From Tubulanus polymorphus (lineage: Eukaryota > Animalia > Nemertea), in the NCBI RefSeq assembly GCF_964204645.1, contig NC_134026.1:29608150-29672149 (forward strand): DNA of 64,000 nt. Reading direction: 5' to 3'. The position numbers were made by a program, and so were the translations under genes. Positions 13,362 through 27,200 of the stretch are shown here, in pieces. The notes below the pieces were generated by a model. The model searched no databases and was not told the DNA's origin. It saw only the letters and a program-made list of their open reading frames with translations. The first letter of the stretch is position 1. Each line of letters begins with the position of its first letter.

Positions 13362-16300
13362 TTAGGGGCTGACAATTCCACTCCACAGATGATAACAACA
13401 AGCGTTTATAAATCCTTCGATATGAGTTTGCATCGATAATGCTGGAATATTCGGTTGACTCGGTGTGTGAAATTGTCCTGAAGTCTCTTCTTTGTAAACT
13501 GCTGATAAATCCTGAAAAACGAAAACCACAGGAAATGAAAACATCTTTCAATGACTACAGCAAAGGCAGTTCTAGGAATTTATGAAAGGGGTTGACCTGA
13601 AGAATGGAATAGGCACTTTATTGAAGAGGGTGTATTTTGCCATGCGAGTGTCACAGGTGTAGGCCCTAAATTTTTAAAAGTTAAGGCGGAGGGCCTTTTT
13701 TCGATAAATTTTCATTATCTAAAATTTTTCTTTGCAAAAAGTTTTTGGAGGGCACATTCGAATTTCGAAGGGGTGGACTGGTCCCTTGATACAACAAATA
13801 CTGGATACTTACAGCAGTTTTATGGATGCCATCTACTGATACAAGAATAAATGTATCTAGATAGTTCGGATTCAGTACAGCCTATTAAATAAAACAAGCA
13901 GTTTCCATCACATATCATACAATAAAAGAAATGTCAATTTTGTACATCTAGATTTAAGTAAAACTTACAAGATACTGAACAAGATTATCAGCGCTGGTGA
14001 AATTACGATGAGTTTCTGGATATTTATTGACTAGAACACGAATCAGACCTTGGTACCACGCGAGAGGCATATTAGTTAATGGTAGCAGTCTCTTATCCAT
14101 TGACTTCAACGGTTCTTTATACACCATTCCTAACATCTCTTCGAACTCGGTGAATGACAGCTTCGTCAGATACTGAAGAAGAAAAACATGGAAATCATCA
14201 ATATCGAGTGATTCCTAACTTCGACAATATTTTCTTATCAAAGTTAAACTTCTGAACCCGGTTCCATAGTTGTGAGATAAGATTTGACACTTAAAATATT
14301 TGAAATTAACTAATTTGATGAACAACTGTGAAACCGGGTCCCGTATATGACATACAGTATCTCTTGCTTCATCTGAGTCGTTAGTATTGCGTTTTCTACG
14401 AAGTCGTTCCTCATCAGCGCGATCTCCGACTAAAGTTCGATCCCACAGAATATCGCGTCTACATTGAGCCATTGTGTTATCAACCATTGTCTGAATTCTA
14501 GCCCTGTTTCATATGAATATGAGAATACATTAATCTTCACAGCAAAATAAATTCCTTCGGTTCTCAATTTTAAAAGCAATTCATTACACTTACTTGGCTT
14601 TGAAGGCTTCTTGTTTCATGACCGTGTAAAGAGGAGTTTGGTGCATGTTTGAGTAACCTAGATAATTGGTTGTTGTAGCTGATTTACTTCCAGGTTCAGG
14701 AGAAGCATCTTCTTTGTCTATAAACGCAAATATAAAACTTTACATACAAGTTGGGTACAGTACATGTATACCATCGGACAACAATAACTAACCTGCTGGA
14801 AATCTCTTCGATCCAGGAGCAACTTGTAACGTTATAGTTTTCTTCTCGGCGGTTAATTTCGGAAACAATTCGCGTTTACTGCTCAATAAGAGGAAGTATT
14901 TCAGTTTCAGAATGCTTCGGTCGAGATCTGAAAGTCTTCCAAACATCGGCGTGTTCAGAGTGAATACTAATCCAACGTCGTAATCTTCCGTTTTCTGATG
15001 TATTCCTTCAATTTCTTCCATACAACCGACATGATACGACTGACTAACTAATGCATAATCAAAGTCCTACAGATTCAATACATAATATCAGCGATTAGTT
15101 TTACATATGCAAAACTGCACTCAGTTCTCCAGGGGCCAGTTGCACAGTCGTGACTTAAGTCCAAAAGGGGTCTTAAATCTTAAGACTGGTCTTAAGTTGT
15201 TAGATCGGCTTTAGAACTAAGTTGGTCTTAGACTGGTCTTAAGTCTAAGCCACGACTATGCAACCGGCCCCAGGTGCTAATCTAACAATTAACAATAACA
15301 GATTATTCGTTTTTTCACTTACGACGATATCATCTTCCGGAATTTGAGTTTGCAACATTTTGATCGCTCTCATTTTGTAGAGTTTGTCATGGTTCAACAT
15401 GTATTCAAACAACTGATGCGGAGCACTACTCGGACTCAATACAACCAACGTATCTGAAACAGAATAAATCCATGAAATAACATCCCAAATATTTCAATAC
15501 AGCAAAGAGTTTCCATTGATTTCTACTAGCTCCGTTACCATTAAAAGCATAATTTCTGGAGAAATTCGGAGGTCTTGGATAGTATTTGATGAAGTCAGCG
15601 AGGAAACTGGATAGATGGAAATCAGCTTTGAAGACATTCTGTCGTCCGCCGATGTAAGCTTGGGCCGTTCTCAAATGGAAGTCGTGCGCAAATGAATGAA
15701 CGTGAATCAAATCTTTAAACTTGTCGCATTCATCGGTGAAGAACATCGCCATCTAGAGAAATAAAACCATACATAGTTTCAGCAATAGCTTCTCGATAAT
15801 GATTTTACATTTTGTGACGAACGAGGTTTAAACTACCTGAGGAGAAACGCTGCTTTTAACGACCGGTATTTTTGTACATTCAAACGCGTAGAGTTTCACA
15901 CAGAAATAAACATCGCGGAACCCGATTTCTACCAGTATTATTCCACCTAATATCGCCTTCTGTAAGTGATATAAATTACTCGTATCCTGCAACTTCTTCT
16001 CGTAACTGTGTTTGCGTTTCTGTTGTTGTGAATGGGGTTGAGTTTGGTGGATTTTCTCGGGATTCGGTGCCGTTCCACTGCTCTTACGAGTTCTAAAAAT
16101 CATCCAGGCAGAAATGTATCACGATCATTCAGTAATTTCGTTCAAATCGACTTCAACTCAATCAATGATTTAGCCTGTATATTCTATTTCAAAGAAACAA
16201 ACCTTTTAGGAGATGGCGGCCTAGTTTGTATCTGTATGAATCCTATTGACTGTAAGTATTGAATATACTGTTGTATCATACTACTGCGTAGATCGATGTG

Positions 16301-18201
16301 CCAACCTTCTTCAAACCGTGAAGTTCGTCTCCTACGACTGACGTCGGGGGATGATGTCTGAATTCCCGTCGATACCTTTTTGATACTCGAACCAGAACTA
16401 TGACGTGAACGCTACAAATATTTAAACAATGCAGATTATCTGAATCAGGGTCAATTAAGACAATTTCAGGCGAATAATACGAAATAAACAATTCATGACA
16501 TATACCGGCACAATTTATTAAAATACCCAAAGGTGACATAATCAACGACATTCAGGGATTGATCTAAATATCAGGGATGGTGGGTAGCTCTGAATTGAGA
16601 CTGATACTGAACCTCAGATTAAGAATTTAAGATAATGCAAAATATAGGTAACTCTAAACACGGTACCAACCTTTCCTTCAGTAACTGTAGCAGATAGAGT
16701 AGGTGTACTGAGAGATAGTGGTTTATAGCTGGTCGATGGTACGTAGGTTTTAATCCGTGCTACAACTCTCTTTCTCCACTGAGGACTGAATAGAAACGGT
16801 GTCGCCACATAGTGGATTAAACGAGATGATTGTTTCAATAGTTCCAGTACATCTTCCTGTAATTACAATCAATGCATTCACACTCATTGTATATCTACGA
16901 GTTGATGATAATTCTGAGGATACTTACAGCTATTGGAACATGAGAATGTCCAGATCTTTGTTGCCACAATACGTACAACTTTTCTAATTTCAATCTTTTC
17001 TCCGAATCTATAGAAAAACGTGAGACACTTTCAATAAAAGATCCTCCACCATAATTCATGATATAGATTATAGAGTAATAAGACAAGAAGCCTGTCGGCT
17101 TATATAGCTCCGCTGTCTTTGTTGTGGCTTGGAGCATAGACTATCACATCAGTATCTATTTGAAACTAGATGTTCAGGGACATTATAGCCACTTGGAGAA
17201 GGGCCACAATACCAATAATCATACTAACATACTCTAAACTGACAAACTGGAGGAGTAGTGATTGAAAGGAAAATCTAAAAAAGGCCTAATTTGCATAATT
17301 TATGCAAAATCAAAAATATGGCTCTATACTTTTGTAGGCACTCCCCAATAGATCATTCATATGAAGTTTGGTTGAAATCTACTGAAAACTGGAGTAGAAG
17401 TAGCAATTTAAGTGAAAATCTAAAAATAGCCCTAATTTGCATAATTTATGCAAAATCAAAAGTATGGCTCTGTACTTTTGTAGGCACTCCCCCATAGATC
17501 ATTCATACCAAGTTTCATCAAGATCCCATCAGAACTGTAGGACTAGTAGGGATATAAAGAAAAAGTTGACGCCGGACACCGAACACCGGACGGACGGACG
17601 GACGACGACGACGAACCCCCTAACCCATCAGCTCCGCTGACCTTCGGTCACAGCGGAGCTAAAAAACTAACCTCGTTTTTCAGAGTTTCTCGTTTCTAAT
17701 ATTTGCAGGCCATGTTTATATACGGGATCTTTACTGTTTCCATAGCTGGCGTTGTGGAGTCGTTTCTTCGGATGATTATCCCACAATAATTCGTGGAATG
17801 GTTGCCCTCCTCCAGAAGAGGGACGCGAACCATGAGATGTACGTGATAAATCTCTTAAAGGTGGTGCAGCCGATCGGATCAGAAACTCGTGATGCATGTT
17901 ACTGTTGTAAGGATTTGGCTCCTAAACACATGAAATTTTATATTTTAACGTTGTATCTTTATTTGGTCACGGGTTAGATATATAACCAGTTTTATGGAAT
18001 GCTTTACCTATCTACATCAGATCTGCCAAATCACTACAATGTTTTAATACTCATCTTAAAACTGAACTTTTCACCAGACAGTTCAACTAAATTATTCATG
18101 TGCATGTTTTAAATGTTTTGTAAGATGTTTTTAGCTTAAAGTTTTTTTATTTGTAAAGCGCTTTAGAGCCATTTTTGGATTAAGGCGCTATATAAATATT
18201 G

Positions 18202-18245
<44 letters not shown>

Positions 18246-21200
18246 TAATAATAATAATAATATAACAATAATTATAACAATTTATATATTTTCATTACCT
18301 TCACGTTGATATGATGTTGAAACAGACCCAGTTTCTGACTGATGATATTCGTCAGTAATGTGTCACGACTGATGTGCCATTCTATCAGTTTTTCAACTCT
18401 TCTCTCTAAATTCGTCACTAAATCTGATGCCCAGTTGTATGTATAAACGGTCAACTATAAATACATAACATAGCATTACACTTATACCAAATCTGCAGTC
18501 AACGATAAAATATCAAAGACTTACCAGTTTATCAGTTGTTTCCAGCAGTAAAAATCTCTGACGAGGGATGAATGTTTTATCAGCTATTGATAAACTGGAT
18601 AAGTCTCCTCCAGGGGGCGTAGAATCAAATGGTTGGTACCTTTGGAAACTTTTATGAGCTGTAAAAACAATTCAGAATTTATCATTTCCATAAATTGGTC
18701 CAGTACGTAGAAATATTAAACTCATTACTCAATAAGACTTGAACCATACTCTTACTTTTTGGATTAGTCAAAGACACGCCGTCTTCATCATCGATATCCG
18801 TGTACTCGATACTGTGTCGCCATTGTCGAACATTTCGCCCAATGCCGAAGAAATTAGCGTGTGACCCGGGTAGAGGTGAACTGCGACTGTGAGGTAGATC
18901 AAGCGGTTGTGGCTTCTTCTCTCCAGAGTGCTACGTAAGAGACGTAATGAATATTCTAAATGATTCATACCTCGATGAGTTTTGACATTTCAAATACTTA
19001 CGTGTCGTCCCGATATACGAACTGGCATATACGGATGAAAACTCATGTCCGAGTTGCGTTGAACTCCTTGGAATAATTTCACGACTGTATCCGAACAAAT
19101 ACTGTTGACGATATTCTGTATTTCTCTCAGCACAAAATCGACAGAATGTCTCGATTGTAAAGTCATCTGTATTTTGTACATTGACGGTACACCTGAATAC
19201 ATATAAACGATATCACTATTACTATCAGTTTACTATAACATGTAGAAATATTCATTGAATTTACCTAGTTTTATACAGAATTCGAACCATTCTTCCATTA
19301 ACATGTGATGTATCCGCGATAACATTCCAGTTTCTCCATTTTCAAAGCGTTGTATTTGTTGACGTCTTTCGACTTCTCTGCGACGTTGTGCTTCCATATC
19401 CTGCCAATTAGGACTCGTCTCCACCTAAGAATTGATCCTATATGTGCTAACGTGTTTTCGGCCAATTATTGAAGATATTTATGAAACGATGTAATGACGT
19501 ACTTGAGTAGTTTTTCCTTTAAGAGCTTCGAGGAATTCCTTGCCGAATGTTACCGGTGATGTTTTTTCTTTTGGAGTTTTATCTCCAGCTCTGCGAGGTG
19601 GACCCGGTCCTGGAGTAGTCGGACCCTTCAACGCAGCGGTTTCTAAAATTCGTTTGAGAAAATCAATCAAAATATTTCAGAAGAAAAATTTCAAGATCCA
19701 GCTATATTGTGCCATATGTGTGCCATGTACAGTTTACAATGTGAACTCATTATAATGAACATAAACTTTGACCCAATGAAAATAATTTCATACACATTTC
19801 AAAAGTTTCACTGCATTGCTCTTTTCATATTCAATTAAGCTATATAGTTTCCATATCCCAATCATGAAATATACATAAAGATTAGTAAATATTCTAAAAA
19901 TAGGCAAAATATACAAAAATGGAAAAAATGAATTTTTGGTTAGAGAAAAGCGAATGATAACTCAAATTCAGCTAAAAATCAAACGATGAAATAATAATAG
20001 AGGCAGCGGCATTGTAATGTGACTATATATCTAAAGCAATTCTTGAAAGCTGAAAATGATGAAAAATAAAATCATAACAAAACTTATACATATGAGGGTT
20101 CACACATTCAACCAGGCTCCAGAAAGAACATTCAAATCTTTAATATTCAGTGATTCTTCCACAAATCAAGACCCAAGTCGTGGAAGAGTCATAAATTATT
20201 CAGCTTAATCTACAACTGTGAAACTGAATTCATGATATTGATGAGAGTTTCTAAATGTGAGCGAAAATCGTTCAAAACTAATGGAATCTTTAAGGAGTGG
20301 AGACATGATAGAGCTGTAGTTGGACAGTGGATCAGGTAAAGCTGTGAATGCTATCTGAATAAAGCATGCGGACCCAGCAACATCATTACATTACCTGCTG
20401 TTATCGTAGGCCGTCTGGTGTGAAGGCCTCCTGATGCTTTCACTATAGCAAATAATGAAACAAAAACAGGAAAACTAAATTCATCACAAACGGAAAAAAA
20501 AACGCAACAAACATCATTCATTACTACATAGGTTAGAATTCTAGAATCTCTCTTCATCTGGATATAACGAGGAGACTGATTTACCCTTGCAAGTACAACA
20601 TCTACAAAGCAAAGCTGTTTAGTTATTTCAGTCAGTATCAGTTGTACACACATGCAATTAATATTACAGCTCAAAAATTTCCGAAAACAATTCTTTACTA
20701 TTACTTAAGATGTTTTAAACATGCACTTGATACATTTTCCAATCCCCCGAAGCATCAAGTGACAATAGCTGGGAGATGTTAGGACAAAGTTCAAGATCAT
20801 GAAGTATTGTAAACTGCACAGTGAGAAGTAAAGAACCAATGATTAATGCCCAATTTCAACAGTATTATAAACCCAAACCACCAGTAGAGATTCGATTTAA
20901 CATTCAAAAGACAAAATTCAATTCATTGATGGATTCTATTCATGAATTTGTGAAACTGAAGATACACGAATAAGAGTTCACACACCGGGATTACAGCGAT
21001 CTATATAGAACTAGATGAAAATCATCAAAAATAGTTCAAATCATAACTGTATTGGTTCAAATTGTTGAGAACATCAGAGGATTCATTAGTTTCCATTCGT
21101 AACATATCATCATTAATCAGTTTAAGCCGGCAAAACCAGGCAGGAAAATAATGATGCTAATAATTTGAAGCAGATGTGAGAAAGGTATATACACATGATG

Positions 21201-24200
21201 CATGTCCAAATCATGGAGTGCTCCGGATATAACTTACTCCGAGAAAACAACCTGCTCCAGTGACTTTGATCCTCGAGCGGAGCTAAAAATCAACACCATA
21301 CGTTAGTTTATGACCAAACTATGTCATTACCAACTTTGTTTACGAAGACAGATAATTGATGAATACATGATAGTTGAAAAATGATGGTTGTTCTGACGAT
21401 ACATACCCCCGTAAAGGGTTGTAGGTGTGAGTGGTTGCGCAACATTAGCAAACTGAATCCCTGATCATAAAAATGAACAAAACCACATTAAAAAACATAA
21501 TACAATAACGAAACATTCTATTTTCAATGCCTGTTGTTAAACCTACTGTATGCATAAACTCTTTGAAATCATCAGGATATAATGATCAATGTACATGCTT
21601 AAACAAAATGATTTCATTTGGAAAATTAAGAAAAGAAATATGAAAATATATCCTATCAAATGTGCACTACCCGTGTAAACCTAAATATCTATCAGAATTC
21701 GATGAGAATAACGACAGATTTCTAACACGATCACGCGCAGAGATACAACAATTCATTTACGAACACAACAGAATATCAGTTTACCTTTCATCGGTGAAGG
21801 TGGAGCGCTATAGAACGGAACATCCTGACTTCTAGCCGGGTATTGTATCGGTACGTCACAGATCGGCGCCGTCAGAAACCGATATTCCATTATGATATCA
21901 CATGTAGCGTGTTGAAGACAAACGTATAGTTTATCTATTAACTGTTTAATATCGACATCACCGCGTTCCCATATACGGAATTGTATCAAAGCAGTAGGAC
22001 CTAAAATGAAGAAATGAAGATATTTTCTGAAAAAATACGATTCGATCGTTGATGGTTTAGAAGAATCGGAGTAAAAATCAGACGAACCCGGTTTATTTTT
22101 GGCTGGTGATTCCGAGTATCTGGAAGCTGAAGTTAAAACATCGAATGGAGGAGCTTCGAATGAATCTTTATAAGCGGACAGTTGAGGTTTAGCAGTGCAG
22201 AGTAATTGAACAGGGTTCCCGCGTCCATCAACTAATGACAGGTGAATACATGCTAAACCTACAAAATATTACAAAATATATCAAATGTATAAAAGTCCAC
22301 TATGTATTCAAACCCTTATCAGTGATTGAGGCAAACCTTTTCCTCCTGAAGACGTTGGTCTGTTGTAGATGAAGACATCATTTTCTGGTAATTCAACTGG
22401 CTTTGATTTGGTGTAGTCCTACAAAATACACAGAAATAAATACATTTTCAATTCAAACATCATCTGAGCGCGTAGCTTTCGGATAACTGTACCTGGAAGT
22501 GACATTCTGCTCGGTTATCAGCATATTTCGGTGTTTGTATGACTTGCAGGAGATTTTGCCTCAGGTAATAACCGAGAGCGTACAGATATAAAGATGCAGC
22601 AGAAGGTATCGTGTACCTCACTGTCTCTTTCGGGTCAGTAAATGGCGTCTGTATGAACTAAAATATATCGATAAGATGACTTTACAATGTTTTTTATACA
22701 TTTCGTGGTTTTTGATGGATCGAGATGAGTTTTTCTACCTGCACGTCATCAGGGGTGAGTTTACACATAGGATTCCTCGACAACATGACCGTTATTACAT
22801 CCAGAACTGCTTCGTCTAAACGGTTCTGTAAAACTTGCACCAGATCTGAACGGATTTCGGGACCTGTAGTAATAACAGTACTCAGTCAATAGCTGCCGGG
22901 TAGGTGACTAGCGAGGATACCGGATAGTTGTTGAAAGGTTATTGAACTAACCTGCATTTGTAATACCATGTACGGATAATGTGACACTTTCTTCAACACG
23001 TTTATGCGAAGTTGTAATTGGTGCCCGGAATGAACTCGAAGAACAGGATAACCCATCATGACTCACATCCTATACAATACCAAATATGAAAATACCAGTA
23101 TACATTATACATATAAGTAGGACTCTTATTTGATCATCGCTTACATGAGTGTCATCATCAACTTCCGTAGCCCTTCGGGTTGCTAGTGATAACATAGAAG
23201 AACTACGAGATCCAATCAAATATCCCGTTTCTGGTTGATCTGAAGGTTCTAAATTCATACCAGCTAGTGGTTTTACTTCACACATTGATTCATTTAATCT
23301 ATAAATGGAAAACATGTTGTTTATTAAAACAGATCGAATTCATCAATCAATGTGAAGACAAGTGAACTGATTTTGTTAGAAAGTTTGTAATTTCTAATAA
23401 AATCAGTTAACCTTTACAAGTACTACCAGTCATCATGTTTATTGATTCGTTGCCAGGTTAACACGCCTTACTTTACAACACAAATTTATCAGTACTCTAT
23501 AAAAGATTACCGAATATAGAAGACATTTTCAGTCGTCTCTTTGATGACGAACATATTCTTTCTGTTGGCTACTGAGAATGGGTTCAGTACTGATCGCAAT
23601 GCCTGAAAACCTCGAGACATTCCCGTTCGACCGGGTCCAGTTTTTAGACGTGGATGTAGTACAAAATGATACTGCCACATGCACTGACACGCGAAGTGTC
23701 CAGGCATAAACTGCATCGAAGCCGCTAAATAGTTCTTTTGGGGGCCTTCTGATTGATCTTCTTCATCTGAATCTAAACCTAATGGTAAATAAATACATCA
23801 GTAAAATTCGTAATTCTCATTATTGAAATGTGATGATTTCTACTGACCCATAGCCACTGATCTAGACCGTGTGGGATAAGTGAGTTCATCTTTCCAGATA
23901 TCTTCATCAGCTTCTGGTACCAATAGACGATTACAGATCTTAGATTCATTCAGTCCTTCCAATAGCAACATCTACACAGTACAATAAATACACTAATTAT
24001 TCAAATTCTGAAGTCCTCTAATTCTAAAATTGTACTGATTGTTTTACAAACCTGATTCACTCTTCGACATGTGTCTTTAATATTGGAAATCATCTTATTA
24101 TACAAAGTTTTCTGCTGTACAATAACATCAGTTTTTAGATCACCACTTTCCCTGAAATAAACCAAATGAACAGCTGGTTTAATCCCTTCAAGCACCTACG

Positions 24201-27200
24201 TACATGTAGGCCTATATGAAAATAATCCATTATTCATCACCGAGTTGTTACTTTGAAGATATAAGATCATACATAATCCAATTCCCCGTAATGAAAATAA
24301 TAATTTCAGTATCATAGGTTTGAAAGCTGGGAAGATTTGTTTGAATATTTTTCAACTGAAAGGAATCAGCTTAAAGAAGTTGAGCTTACTTCAACCTTGT
24401 GTTCTTTAGATTATTTTTGTGATTGATTATTGTGATAGATAACGGTATTGAGCTTAGGTAGGAATAAAAGTGAAGTTTTCATTTGTGTTACCTTTTAATT
24501 GGTAATAAAGTTTTGGATCTACTTTCGACATAATGAAAAACAGAATTGCAGAGTTAAAAACCCCGTATCAAATATACGCAATAGTTTAACAATGATGAAA
24601 ACTGATCATCTTTGTGCTTAACACAATTTGAGGTTGTAAAATTGTACCTGGTATGGAAATAGATGTCTACTTTGTCTTTAGCAACTCTCATTATTAGCCA
24701 AAAGTTGAGAGCGTGTCTGTATTGTTGAACATGAGGACCAGGTGCAGGTTCCCCTTCACTGTCACTAGAGTCTCCATCGTATCCTATACGCATAAATACA
24801 TAATGAATTACCTATCACTGAAAACTGCATTTAATAACCACTGCCTCAATATGAAAATTATTCGAAGTTTAAGCTGTGGGCGTCCTTATCATCTTAGACA
24901 AATACCATATACACAAAATACTTCACTAACATCGGTTTATTACAACTTATTTAAACCAAACAGATAGAAAAGCAATTTACCGAACAAAGAAAAATATATA
25001 TCTAAGGACCAAAGCCTACATCCTACAATGACGCTCAAATAAACCGAAAGATCCTCGCAATAAAAACATTGACACTAATAATATTGGCATTAAAGCACAA
25101 TTAATCAGCGATCTAACATGCATAATGAATGACTGTCATCATTTCAAGTATCTCACCACTGAATTTGTTGTTTGCCTATTACGGAGGAATGCCATTACAT
25201 TTCTCGAAATAAAGACATCACTGATAGCCTTTGAGACACTTTGAGAGCATGCCAATAATAAAAACTTGGCACTATACCTTCCTCATAGTAACTACCGACA
25301 CTGCTAGTATCACCACCAGCTATTGGCAGTTTAGGAGTTCGTGGCGTTGAACACTTGCCTGATGTTTGTGAACCCCCCGACGGATGACGATGCGGTGTAT
25401 TTTCTGATGTTCCCGACGCGTGACGCGAGGACTGTCTGATCGGAGTTTGACTACCTCCGGATCCGCGCCTCGCTCCGACGACACTATCGGACGACGACAT
25501 CCGAGCTCGCACTTTCATAACCTCCTTTACTTTACTAGTACTACCATCTACTGGGTCAATCGGTGCACTGATGGTAGGTTTCGGAGTATTACCCTAGACA
25601 AATGCGTAAGAATATGGAAATTGTAGGATGGAAACATTTGTTTGAAATGGAGATTTTTGAGACAAAATACGACATACCTTTTCATCAGGATATGAAAGAG
25701 CTCGACGTACTTCTTTATTACTAGGTGTTCCAGTATCTGATGTATGACCCGATGATTGACTGCTCTTAGAATCTTCAGATCTCATTACGATTTCGCTAGA
25801 TAAAGCCTGAAACAATCAAACAAAATTGTTTCAAATAGTTGCTTAAGGTGCAGATACTTTTGTTGATCTAAAACAGGTTTCAATTGGACACATTGCAGTT
25901 TGGAGCCTGCAGTTTGATAATAGCAATTCTGGATTACAAACTCTCTACCAGCCGCTTGTTTATGCTATTCTGGAATAGGTAGAGCGTGTTCTGGTGGAAA
26001 CGAACGCGCCACCAATGAATTCTAGAACCGGTAGAGACCAATCGAAACCTTAATAACATCATAAGAAATCAAAGAAATTTTCACCTTATTGAGAACAATG
26101 TCAAGAGTCTTGGGTCGCTTGTCTTCGGGACTTTGAGATTGGTCGGCTTCGGGTAAACTGGAGATGGTCAATAATTCATCAGACACCGGTGCAATATTCA
26201 AAGGAGGTGATTTGCGATCAGAACCACCGGTAGCACCACTATCTAGTATAGGTGTTGACGTACGTTCTATTTCAGCTTTGATTAAACCAATTGGAAGTTG
26301 TTCCGTTTTACTCTCCTTAGATACAATATCCGGTGTTTCTAGTATCTTAATTGAACTATCACTCGCAGCATCGGATAAATTATATTCTAAATCAGGCGCG
26401 ACTTGAGATTGTTCTCGAGCCGGACTCGGACGTGTTAACGATATCACTATATCCTCCATTTTAAAACCTTCCTGATCGACTTTCGCGCTTTCTTTATCAG
26501 TTTCTTCTCCGGGAGTTGTTGAATCGTTCGGTCCGATTACGATGAATGATTCGTTTTGTTTGGCGGGTTTTTCACTAGCGTCAGTTTTAGGCGAATCGTC
26601 CGGTGTTCGATCATTACTGAGTTCCGCTAATGATTGTATCGTACGATGTATCGTAGAGTTCGTGTGTTTACGTGTTTTCTGTAGGTAATAGTAAACACCT
26701 TCTTTACACAGCGTATAGTTCGTCAAATCCATTCGTTCAAATTCCTAAAATACATAGATTGCATTTCATGTTAATATATTCGTCGTAGCTTCAAAAGTAC
26801 ATTTATCTCAAACTAAAATGTGATGTCAAACCTCAACAAATTTTGCGAGACTATGATCAGGTCCAAACACAAACTGCAATGATACATCTTCGTGGGTGCA
26901 GTTCGCCCAATCTTTTGAGTCTATCACGTGACGAGCTACAAATTCTAACATATCCGTATTCACTGGCATTATATAATGCATCGCTGACGCAATTTCATCC
27001 GACAGTAACCATTTTATCTGAAAATACCATTGCAGCAACAATTATGTGAAGTACATATTAATAATTTGCCTGTTATTTCAATATATCGAACCTGCTCAAT
27101 ACAATCAATAACTGATTGATGTTGGAAACTTGGAAGATTTTTCAGTCTATCGACTTGACCCATATGATTCAACGAAAATCTGAAATGATAACAAAAGCTT

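Noticed and set aside
13351-13551. Alternative SZT2 C-terminal frame (MKDVFISC...)
   Set aside because: The overlapping frame ending [12 protein letters not shown] follows the splice acceptor in phase and resembles the SZT2 C-terminus.
17291-17640. Duplicated ORFs starting MHNLCKIK
   Set aside because: They are translations of the 146-bp tandem unit inside the Helentron-type element.
24812-24817. 6-nt SZT2 micro-exon (cag|TGATAG|gtaatt)
   Set aside because: The downstream intron would be under 30 nt, too short to splice.
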